Both the position numbers and the translations under genes were made by a program. Below, one piece after another: positions 1-10,488 of a stretch of 14,562 nt of DNA (within the stretch, counting starts at the first letter, position 1; every line of letters starts with the position of its first letter). Below the pieces are notes generated by a model that was not told the DNA's origin, made no database searches, and saw only the letters and a program-made list of their open reading frames with translations. Source of the stretch: a virus (Duplodnaviria > Heunggongvirae > Uroviricota > Caudoviricetes); the IMG/VR virus record IMGVR_UViG_2703718773_000013; one strand, written 5' to 3'.

Positions 1-2579
<2,579 letters not shown>

Positions 2580-2605
<26 letters not shown>

Positions 2606-3125
2606 TCAGCAACCCCGGTATCAGTTCATCCAGCGCGGCTGCTTTGTTCATGGCTTTGATGATATCCCGTTTCAGGAAATCAACATGTCGGTTTTCCAGT
2701 TCCGGAAAACGCCGCTGCACCGACAGGGGGATCCCGTCGAGAATACTGGCAATTTCACCTGCGATCCGCGACAGCACGAAAGTACAGAATGCGGTTTCCA
2801 CCACTTCAGCTGAGTCTCTGGCATTCTTCAGTTCCTGTGCGTCGGCCTGCGCACGCGTAAGTCGATGGCGTTCGTACTCAATAGTCCCTGGCTGGAGATC
2901 TGTCTCGCTGGCCTGCCGCAGTTCTTCAACTTCCCGGCGCAGCTTTTCGTTCTCAATTTCAGCATCCCTTTCGGCATACCATTTTATAACGGCGGCAGAG
3001 TCATAAAGCACCTCATTACCCTTGCCACCGCCTCGCAGAACGGGCATTCCCTGTTCCTGCCAGTTCTGAATGGTACGGATACTCGCACCGAAAATGTCAG
3101 CCAGCTGCTTTTTGTTGACTTCCAT
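2580..3125 (-). CDS. Nu1: Terminase small subunit gpNu1
   Basis: 181 aa ORF MEVNKKQLADIFGASIRTIQNWQEQGMPVLRGGGKGNEVLYDSAAVIKWY..., recalled as lambda Nu1. ATG at 3125-3123. cos lies immediately upstream. Confidence 0.95.
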
Positions 3126-3139
3126 TGTTCATTCCACGG

Positions 3140-3302
3140 CCAAAAACAGAGAAAGGAAACGACAAAGGCCCAAAAGTTCGTTTTCAGCACCTGTCGTTTC
3201 CTTTCTTTTCAGGGGGTATTTTAAATAAAAACATTAAGTTACGACGAAGAAGAACGGAAACGCCTTAAACCGGAAAATTTTCATAAATAGCGAAAACCCG
3301 CG
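3140..3302. promoter_or_regulatory. cosB-like terminase binding region with repeated Nu1-type R elements
   Basis: Between the Nu1 start and cosN there are three copies of a CGTTTCC-type motif in alternating orientation: 3146-3163 cagagaaaggaaacgaca, 3195-3206 cgtttcctttct, 3251-3264 agaacggaaacgcc. The segment matches what I recall of the lambda left end in reverse complement. Confidence 0.7.
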
Positions 3303-3314
3303 AGGTCGCCGCCC
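3303..3314. other. cosN: 12-nt cohesive-end sequence (reverse complement of GGGCGGCGACCT)
   Basis: aggtcgccgccc at 3303-3314 is the exact reverse complement of the lambda 12-nt cohesive end. Flanks resemble the lambda left end (cgcgggttttcgctatttatgaaaatttt, reverse complement) and right end (cgtaacctgtcggatc...). Confidence 0.85.
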
Positions 3315-3513
3315 CGTAACCTGTCGGATCGCCGGAAAGGACCCACAAAATGATAATAATTATCATCTACATATCACAACGTGCGTGTACGCCATCAAAC
3401 CACGTCAAATAATCAATTATGACGCAGGTATCGTATTAATTGATCCGCATCAACTTAACGTAAAAACAACTTCAGACAATACAAATCAGCGACACAGAAT
3501 ACGGGACAACCTC

Positions 3514-3705
3514 ATGTCAACGAAGAACAGAACCCGCAGAACAACAACCCGCAACATCCGCTTTCCTAACCAAATGATTGAACAAATTAACATCGCTCTT
3601 GATCAAAAAGGGTCCGGGAATTTCTCAGCCTGGGTCATTGAAGCCTGCCGTCGGAGACTAACGTCAGAAAAGAGAGCATCTACATCAATCAAAAGTGATG
3701 AATAA
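3514..3705 (+). CDS. Small ribbon-helix-helix (Arc/CopG-like) protein, 63 aa
   Basis: ATG at 3514 (track ORF starts at an upstream GTG). The protein MSTKNRTRRTTTRNIRFPNQMIEQINIALDQKGSGNFSAWVIEACRRRL has a basic N-terminus followed by an R-F-P..I..AL.....S.N..V pattern typical of RHH folds. SD is weak (gggacaacctcATG). Opposite strand to the late operon. Confidence 0.5.
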   Translation: MSTKNRTRRTTTRNIRFPNQMIEQINIALDQKGSGNFSAWVIEACRRRLTSEKRASTSIKSDE

Positions 3706-3958
3706 TGAATATCCCGGTTTCTTTACCTCCCCTCCCACCCCGCACAGGACTGGCGAACGTGTGGGACAAATATGTGAGTCATAAACGCCTTATCTTCAGA
3801 AATGCAGTTGGCATCCGAACAGGACGATATTGTAACTTCACCTAATTACGAGGCATTGCAGTAGTTGAATTGTAGTTCTGTATTAGCCTGACAGTGACAG
3901 AATGCGATATTGACTCTGTCACAGGTGAAATAGTTTGAATGGTTAGCAGTTATGGCGA

Positions 3959-4165
3959 TCAGTCAACCACCAGGGAATAATCCTTCGAATTCTTATCGTG
4001 CTTCACCAACGCTGCCTCAATTGCCCTGAATGCTTCCAGAGACACTTGATGTTCTATACATGCAATTACAACATCCGGATAACTCATAGAAATGGTGCTA
4101 GTGAGCATAGTTTTTACACGGACCTGATCCAAGGATGAGTCATCAGTGTATTGATCTTTATGCAT
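3959..4165 (-). CDS. Hypothetical phage protein (right-arm ORF, 68 aa)
   Basis: ATG at 4165-4163, 68 aa [26 protein letters not shown]... Position and size correspond to the small forward ORF near the lambda right end, as recalled. Confidence 0.55.
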   Translation of the reverse strand: MHKDQYTDDSSLDQVRVKTMLTSTISMSYPDVVIACIEHQVSLEAFRAIEAALVKHDKNSKDYSLVVD

Positions 4166-4460
4166 TTTGTCGCTCCATGCGTTTGCTCTTCACTTGCGGC
4201 TAAAAATATAACGTCAAATCACTCAGCATGAAAGTGTGAAAGTTTCAGCGCGTTTCCCTTACATAATCTGTCGTTTGTATTCTCTCCAGGCATACCGGAA
4301 AGACTAGGTATTGTCACACAACCAATACCACCGACTATCGAGATTTATATCTATTCGGTAATGTTTAAATATAACAAAACCCCGTAAAAACGAGGTTTAT
4401 GGGTAAATTGTATTGTTGAATAGCATCTGATAAGAAATTGATGCTAATACTATAAACACA

Positions 4461-4634
4461 CTAGATTAAATCAATCTTGATATCATAGCTTTCAAGACCA
4501 GTCATTTTTTCCCGTGCAGTAAACTGGATACTGGTAACTTCTTTCCCGGTCTTTTTCTTAAGCTCAATAATTTTTTTTGTTATATATTCAGAAATATCTG
4601 CTTCTGTTTTTGTTTTTAACTCTTCAATGTTCAT
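4461..4634 (-). CDS. gnsB: GnsA/GnsB-family small protein, 57 aa
   Basis: MNIEELKTKTEADISEYITKKIIELKKKTGKEVTSIQFTAREKMTGLESYDIKIDLI resembles my memory of E. coli GnsA/GnsB. SD aaagaggaa sits 5 nt before the second ATG (4634). The longer track ORF, with an upstream TTG/ATG, is probably not the true start. Confidence 0.75.
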   Translation of the reverse strand: MNIEELKTKTEADISEYITKKIIELKKKTGKEVTSIQFTAREKMTGLESYDIKIDLI

Positions 4635-4806
4635 CATTTCCTCTTTTAGTCTGTTATGACTTTCCTGGTACACAGTAGTGTCAATTATATGGAGCAAACG
4701 TATAAAAGATAAGATGAAACATCGCAATAATCAACATACGACAGTCTAAATTTCGCACAAACAGATAAAGATGATTATCCTTTATTATCAAGGCATTAGA
4801 ATGAAA

Positions 4807-5037
4807 TCAATTCAAGAGTCTCATTGCTGCTTCCAGAATTTCTTCTGAAGTTACATGTCGATCCGCTGCTACATAAATGACTTTATGATCTCCGGTCAGA
4901 GATGGAAACCCTGCAGCCATTACAGTGAGATGTGTTGTTTCGCCATTTGGATATTCACGCATGATGGTGTTAACTCCGGTCATCACTGGCACTACCATTG
5001 CTGGTTCAGAGTTAAAAAAAACTATTATTTTTTTCAT
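4807..5037 (-). CDS. Hypothetical small protein, 76 aa (sits where ynfN lies in Qin)
   Basis: ATG at 5037-5035 giving MKKIIVFFNSEPAMVVPVMTGVNTIMREYPNGETTHLTVMAAGFPSLTGDHKV... The track ORF begins at an upstream GTG. Lies between the gns-like and cspI-like genes. SD is weak. Confidence 0.45.
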   Translation of the reverse strand: MKKIIVFFNSEPAMVVPVMTGVNTIMREYPNGETTHLTVMAAGFPSLTGDHKVIYVAADRHVTSEEILEAAMRLLN

Positions 5038-5081
5038 GATGTTACCGTAATATGTGAGTATCCATCGACTAGACACTAAGC

Positions 5082-5101
5082 AAAAAAGCTCCCGAAGGAG
5101 C
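5082..5101 (-). terminator. Rho-independent terminator downstream of the cspI-like gene
   Basis: Stem gctcc (5088-5092), loop cgaa, stem ggagc (5097-5101). On the minus strand it is followed by a six-U tract (complement of aaaaaa at 5082-5087). Confidence 0.6.
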
Positions 5102-5308
5102 CTTCATTTTCACTTTCTTAAATCTAACGACAGACGGCTAACATTTAAGTATTGTGAAATATTATCAAATGTAATCATCATTGATTTACAAAAGATACAT
5201 TTTGCCCCGAAAGGATTCCTGTCAGAAACATCAAAAGATGATGTTCTATACTGAGAACCATGGCAACACGGGCATCTAAAGTGAATATGGTTTGTAATAT
5301 TTTCTACC

Positions 5309-5521
5309 TCAAAGTGCCACTACATGAACAGCCGCGGGGCCTTTAGGTCCGTTCTCAATACCAAATTCGACTTGCTGATTCTCAGTTAACGTTTTGAAAT
5401 CGTTGCTCTGAATAGCTGAGAAATGGACAAACACATCTTTGCTACCATCTTTCGGCGTGATGAAACCAAAACCTTTTTCAGGGTTAAACCATTTCACTAA
5501 ACCAGTCATTTTGTTAGACAT
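5309..5521 (-). CDS. cspI: Cold-shock protein, CspA family (CspI-like), 70 aa
   Basis: [70 protein letters not shown] contains the RNP1-like KGFGFI and RNP2-like VFVHF motifs. Long upstream untranslated region, typical of csp genes. Confidence 0.9.
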   Translation of the reverse strand: MSNKMTGLVKWFNPEKGFGFITPKDGSKDVFVHFSAIQSNDFKTLTENQQVEFGIENGPKGPAAVHVVAL

Positions 5522-5889
5522 CATTATTACCTTTTGAAGAAGTGAGCCCTTGGGCAGAATGGTCCGAAAAAAATATCAGAGAGAAAAACCAACAAGGAAA
5601 TCTCAAGAGGTACAAATAATAAAATTATAACAATGACTGCTTCAGATAATTTTGTAACAAACCAGAACACCATTAACGCATGATTAACCAACCATAGCAA
5701 GGATTACTTTTGTAAAGAAAAACACACGAATGAAACAATAGCTTTATTTATTAATAAAACGTGTCATTCTGTCTAATGACCTTTTATCTTACCCTTAAGA
5801 TTTCAAGGATTTTGACTCATGGAAGAGTCCTTTTTATTTAAATTTCACATTCAGCGCTAAAAATAATCCGATTTAATGTTAATCTACAT

Positions 5890-6911
<1,022 letters not shown>

Positions 6912-7016
6912 GGATATTTATCAGGATTTATCGGTTTCTGAACCCTGGATATGTTTATCTGTCCCGGCCTGTTGAATCAGGCGGGGAAAAGGTAAAGACA
7001 ATCAAGAGGATTATTT

Positions 7017-7289
7017 ATGGACAATAACACCATTTCTCTACAGGAGTTGCTCGACTGCATTTCAAAGCTTCGGGATGATGTAAATGCCCTCACTGTTGCA
7101 TTTTCATATTTGGCCTTATCAATTCCCAGAGAACAAATGCAACCAACACTGGCATCGCTCCTGCTTGAATCACGCAACCCCAAATGGTCCCAGGAACAAC
7201 AAAATTCTTTCAAGTGGCTGGCGGCATTACTGGAAGAAAAATATGCTGGTAAAATTACCATTTCGGTGGAGTCTTCAGAGAATCAGTAA
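7017..7289 (+). CDS. Hypothetical 90 aa protein, antisense to the late operon and convergent with the ydfR-like gene
   Basis: ATG at 7017 preceded by a strong SD aagagga with 6-nt spacing. Balanced, helix-like composition. Its 3' end overlaps the ydfR-like gene by 35 bp. No clear sigma70 promoter found upstream. Confidence 0.4.
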   Translation: MDNNTISLQELLDCISKLRDDVNALTVAFSYLALSIPREQMQPTLASLLLESRNPKWSQEQQNSFKWLAALLEEKYAGKITISVESSENQ

Positions 7290-7599
7290 TTCTTCCTGGT
7301 AGCTTTCCTTTGTAGGTTATCCACACATTCTGCGCCTCTAAAATTACGGGGCGCTTTTCCGGCGACTGCTCATCCCCTTCACATAACCCGGCTGCAACTT
7401 CCAGGAAGACCTGTCTGATGCTCCTTCTGGCTGCTGCCTCATAAAACTCCAGCGCGGCACCTTCAACACGGTCCAGCGAGATGTCCAGGTCAAAAATTTC
7501 ACCGTCAAAGCGTTTTTTGTCCCTTAATGCTACAGTTACCGCAACTTTATTCTCAAAATTGCGGATCCCTTTCACAATCAGTTCATAGTTTTGTGTCAT
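7255..7599 (-). CDS. YdfR-like protein (DUF1327-type as recalled), 114 aa, between holin and endolysin
   Basis: ATG at 7599-7597 with SD ggagag 9 nt upstream; begins 5 nt after the holin stop. Protein MTQNYELIVKGIRNFENKVAVTVALRDKKRFDGEIFDLDISLDR... The Qin prophage has ydfR at this position (from memory). Confidence 0.65.
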   Translation of the reverse strand: MTQNYELIVKGIRNFENKVAVTVALRDKKRFDGEIFDLDISLDRVEGAALEFYEAAARRSIRQVFLEVAAGLCEGDEQSPEKRPVILEAQNVWITYKGKLPGRITDSLKTPPKW

Positions 7600-7603
7600 T
7601 GAA

Positions 7604-7819
7604 TTACTCTCCCCGTGCAACCTTACGCTTGTCTTCTTTAATCTTGAAATAAAGGTTTGTCAGGTACGTCAGCAAGCCAAATACCAGACTACCCAGCACA
7701 CCGATTGCAGCCCACTGTGACGGAGTTACTTTATCGAGTAACTGCAATGCCCAGAAACCAGCATTACCAGCCGATGTGCCATAGGCGATACCTGTTGTTA
7801 ACTTATCCATTGATTTCAT
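7604..7819 (-). CDS. S: Class II holin, phage-21 S21 pinholin type with dual-start motif
   Basis: 71 aa [71 protein letters not shown]. The Met1-Lys-Ser-Met4 dual start and two transmembrane segments match S21 as recalled. SD ggtgagg upstream. Confidence 0.9.
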   Translation of the reverse strand: MKSMDKLTTGIAYGTSAGNAGFWALQLLDKVTPSQWAAIGVLGSLVFGLLTYLTNLYFKIKEDKRKVARGE

Positions 7820-8006
7820 ATCCTCACCCCGATGTACACAGATGGTGCAATATGTTTGAAAAGATCGGAGTCTATGGGGTAGTTTTTATAGCAAACGTTG
7901 TTCTCAACGGCGCTAAAAAACAGACACATTAAAAATGTGGGTAATTATTTTAAAAGAAAATCATATATTAAATAATAATACGAGATATGTTTTCATATTT
8001 AGTGTA

Positions 8007-8028
8007 CTGTATACGGCCATTTATACAG
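8007..8028. promoter_or_regulatory. Inverted repeat CTGTATA-N8-TATACAG overlapping the ribosome-binding site of the zinc-ribbon ORF (candidate operator)
   Basis: ctgtata (8007-8013) and tatacag (8022-8028) are perfect reverse complements, and the right arm overlaps the aggaaaag SD of the ORF starting at 8038. Spacing between CTGT and ACAG is 14, so it is not a canonical LexA box. Confidence 0.35.
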
Positions 8029-8037
8029 GAAAAGCCT

Positions 8038-8208
8038 ATGTCAGAACGTAAAGACTCAAAATCACGCCGTAATTATCTCGTTAAATGTTCCTGCCTAAAC
8101 TGCACCCAAGAGTCAGAACACAGTTTTTCAAGAGTACAAAAAGGTGCCCTTTTGATCTGCCCTCATTGCAACAAAGTATTCCAGACAAATCTTAAAGCTG
8201 TAGCTTGA
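8038..8208 (+). CDS. Small zinc-ribbon protein, 56 aa
   Basis: ATG at 8038 with SD aggaaa. Protein MSERKDSKSRRNYLVKCSCLNCTQESEHSFSRVQKGALLICPHCNKVFQTNLKAVA has two Cys pairs (CSCLNC ... CPHC) and a basic N-terminus. The track ORF extends further 5'. Confidence 0.45.
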   Translation: MSERKDSKSRRNYLVKCSCLNCTQESEHSFSRVQKGALLICPHCNKVFQTNLKAVA

Positions 8209-8261
8209 TTGATTTTATTCGTAACAAGTATTTTTTATATTTTAATAACATATTTAAAGCA

Positions 8262-8290
8262 GATAATAAAAAACCCGCCTGAGCGGGTTT
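8262..8290 (-). terminator. Rho-independent terminator (minus-strand sense) downstream of the cspB-like gene
   Basis: Stem aaacccgc (8271-8278), loop ctga, stem gcgggttt (8283-8290). The minus-strand RNA ends in a U-rich tract (complement of taataaaaaa). Confidence 0.6.
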
Positions 8291-8571
8291 AATATTGTGG
8301 TACTTTTTGTGGGAGTCATCCACTTACGCACTTTGTTTTGCTATGCCAGCAGTTAGCTTCTGCTGTAAAACTATTCATGCAGCAAACCTGCACTTCACCA
8401 CAATGGTTAGCATACTTTTCCTGATTAAGTTATTGCCAAATATGCTGGCCATTGTTTCATGTATTGGACCTCCTTACTCTTTATTAAAGAGATCCAATAT
8501 TCACCACTCTGTCTGTATCTCCACTCAGGCATCAGCCTTCTTCGTTATCGTATACAGACAAACTATGAATT

Positions 8572-8787
8572 TTAATCAGTAATTATGACATTTGCTGCTG
8601 CAGGACCTTTAGCACCACTCTCTACAGAGAAGGTAACCTTTTGACCTTCAAATAAGGTTCGATAATTATCATTCTGAATCGCAGAAAAATGCACAAACAC
8701 ATCTTTACTACCATCAACAGGAGAAATAAAGCCAAAACCTTTATCAGCGTTAAACCATTTTACTAAACCAGTCATTTTATTTGACAT
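8572..8787 (-). CDS. cspB: Cold-shock protein, CspA family (CspB-like), 70 aa
   Basis: [67 protein letters not shown]... Divergent from the cspF-like gene, as in Qin (from memory). Confidence 0.9.
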   Translation of the reverse strand: MSNKMTGLVKWFNADKGFGFISPVDGSKDVFVHFSAIQNDNYRTLFEGQKVTFSVESGAKGPAAANVIITD

Positions 8788-9087
8788 TCTACATTCCTTA
8801 ACTTGAGCCTTTCGGCATAAATGGCTTGTATAACAGAAACGACTTCGTACTTAATTGGAGAGACTCAAAGAAGGAATAAGTGAATAACACCTGAAATGAG
8901 AACTGCTTTAGTAAACTACTTCGTATATCGTCTGTTCTTCAAACCGACGCAATCATTAACGCATAGTTGAACATATGAAGCAATGTTTATTTTAGACATC
9001 CAGCCATCTTCAACCCCATCAAAAAACTATAGCTTTCTTCAGGAACGTGTGTATAGTGCGCCAAGTTATCAGTATTAAGGAATTTTT

Positions 9088-9300
9088 TTGTCCCGTAAAA
9101 TGACAGGAATTCTCAAAACCTTTGACGGCAAAAGCGGCAAAGGTCTTATAACCCCATCCGATGGTCGTATCGATGTCCAGCTTCATGTTTCAGCGCTCAA
9201 TCTCCGCGATGCAGAAGAAATTACCACCGGATTACGCGTGGAATTTTGCCGGATAAATGGTCTGCGTGGACCATCAGCTGCCAATGTTTACCTTTCATGA
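9088..9300 (+). CDS. cspF: Cold-shock-domain protein (CspF/CspH-like), 70 aa, apparent TTG start
   Basis: [70 protein letters not shown]. The first codon is TTG at 9088, with SD aaggaa 7 nt upstream. An alternative ATG at 9100 would give MTGILK... Confidence 0.8.
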   Translation: MSRKMTGILKTFDGKSGKGLITPSDGRIDVQLHVSALNLRDAEEITTGLRVEFCRINGLRGPSAANVYLS

Positions 9301-9584
9301 GCTATATTAAAGCTTTAACTTCAAGCCCCATCGAATCAAACATGGAGAGTTTTCATGAATAAACCCGTCTGTCTTGATGACTGGTTGATTGGCTTTAAAA
9401 GCTTATGCTGTACTTTGACCTTAATAGCTCTGCTAATAATGTAATAAGCAGACTCATTGTATCTATGGACATTGTACTGGAAGAAAACATTTTAAACATC
9501 AGGCAAAAAACAAAGTCACCCGATAAATAATAAGTAAACTAACATGAATCCCGTAATGAGATTCAACATCTCTATTACCCTATT

Positions 9585-9618
9585 TAAAGCACAAAAACCC
9601 GCTCATCAGCGGGTTTTC
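9585..9618 (-). terminator. Candidate tR' terminator downstream of pR' (hairpin readable in both directions)
   Basis: Stem aaaaccc gc (9594-9602), loop tcatca, stem gcggg tttt (9609-9617). The minus-strand RNA is followed by uuuuugugcuuu. Lies about 100 nt downstream of the Q stop, where lambdoid tR' is expected. Confidence 0.6.
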
Positions 9619-9662
9619 TACTTTTTCTTAACTTCGGGTATACAAAGCCCATCGTTGAAAAA

Positions 9663-9691
9663 ATTTTATCCATATTTTTTGAAAAATGCAA
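9663..9691 (-). promoter_or_regulatory. Candidate late promoter pR' (-35 TTGCAT, 17-bp spacer, -10 TAAAAT)
   Basis: Minus-strand reading ttgcat (9691-9686), 17 nt, taaaat (9668-9663), immediately downstream of the Q stop at 9723. The Q utilisation site should overlap it. Confidence 0.55.
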
Positions 9692-9722
9692 GCATCACGT
9701 CGCCATCTTCGGCGAAAATCAC

Positions 9723-10475
9723 TTATCTCGTCACCTTTCTCAATTGTGCTTCAGCGTAAGATTCCTCCTGCCAGCACTTTGTAACCAGTTTATCAATGAC
9801 ATTTGCATATCCTTTATACCACTGATAATCACTCAGGTCCGGTACCAGCTTCTGGACATGATGCCGCGCCAGTGTGGTTGGTAAACGACTAAACCGTTTT
9901 CCATTGCAACGCCCACAAATCTTATAAACAGGTGTGCCATGAAGCCGGGTCCTTTTTTCATCCAGGACAATACCTTTACCCTTACACCCTCTGCACGCTG
10001 TGCTGACTTCTCCCTTACCATGGCAATGCTGACATAGTTCCTTCACCCACTCTTCTTTGATAACAGATTCCCCGCTTCTGGAGTGTTTCACCACTTCGCG
10101 CAATACATTATGAAATCCAGTACCAGCACAATGCTCACAACGAGCCTTACTTGCCGCAGACCTGGAATAATCAGCAAAGGCAAAATTCACAAGGTAAGGA
10201 ATAATCTGTAGCCGGGTTTCTTCACTCAATTTATTCAATGTCGGGTTATCCAGTGCCATCGCGTAATTGAGCAGACCTTCAATCGCAAACTGAGGATCCT
10301 GAACACCAACTTTTGCCAGGAATAAGGCAAACCCAAGCGGTGCTTTCGACTGCACCATCCCCTGCGCAGCCATCACATCCGTAATCGTTAAACCACCAGA
10401 GCCTGTCGCCGGTGCGTCATCACTCAATTTTGGAGATTTTGGGGAGTAATATTTTGGTAAGGCTTCAAGGTTCAT
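9723..10475 (-). CDS. Q: Late-gene antitermination protein Q (QuuQ/Q21-like)
   Basis: 250 aa MNLEALPKYYSPKSPKLSDDAPATGSGGLTITDVMAAQGMVQSKAPLGFALFLAKVGVQDPQFAIEGLLNYAMALDNPTLNK... with Cys-rich zinc motifs (CEHCAGTG, CQHCHGKG, CRGCKGKG, CGRCNG). Resembles Qin QuuQ as recalled. Confidence 0.9.
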   Translation of the reverse strand: MNLEALPKYYSPKSPKLSDDAPATGSGGLTITDVMAAQGMVQSKAPLGFALFLAKVGVQDPQFAIEGLLNYAMALDNPTLNKLSEETRLQIIPYLVNFAFADYSRSAASKARCEHCAGTGFHNVLREVVKHSRSGESVIKEEWVKELCQHCHGKGEVSTACRGCKGKGIVLDEKRTRLHGTPVYKICGRCNGKRFSRLPTTLARHHVQKLVPDLSDYQWYKGYANVIDKLVTKCWQEESYAEAQLRKVTR

Positions 10476-10488
10476 GCTCGTTCTCCAC

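Noticed and set aside
3878-3894. Possible LexA box (ctgt attagcctg acag)
   Set aside because: Spacer is 9 nt, not 8, and it is not AT-rich in the LexA pattern; treated as part of the conserved right-arm inverted repeat.
6977-7261. 94 aa minus-strand ORF between endolysin and the ydfR-like gene
   Set aside because: No SD, Cys/Ser-rich odd composition, and it overlaps the better-supported plus-strand ORF (7017-7289) that has a strong SD. If the plus-strand ORF proved spurious this call should be revisited.
8007-8028. Possible LexA box near the zinc-ribbon ORF
   Set aside because: CTGT and ACAG are 14 nt apart; kept as a generic operator-like inverted repeat rather than an SOS box.
8295-8582. 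95 aa plus-strand ORF with TTG start
   Set aside because: Starts at TTG with no SD, is very hydrophobic and low-complexity, and lies in the 3' untranslated region of the cspB-like gene between its stop and terminator.
7820-9722. Shiga-toxin or tRNA cargo between Q and S
   Set aside because: No AB5-toxin-like ORFs and no recognisable tRNA cloverleaf sequence; the island carries csp genes instead. tRNA absence is by eye only; a tRNA scan would confirm.
9544-9759. 71 aa plus-strand ORF
   Set aside because: Runs through the tR' hairpin and pR' hexamers and overlaps the 3' end of Q on the opposite strand; most likely a chance frame in AT-rich regulatory DNA.
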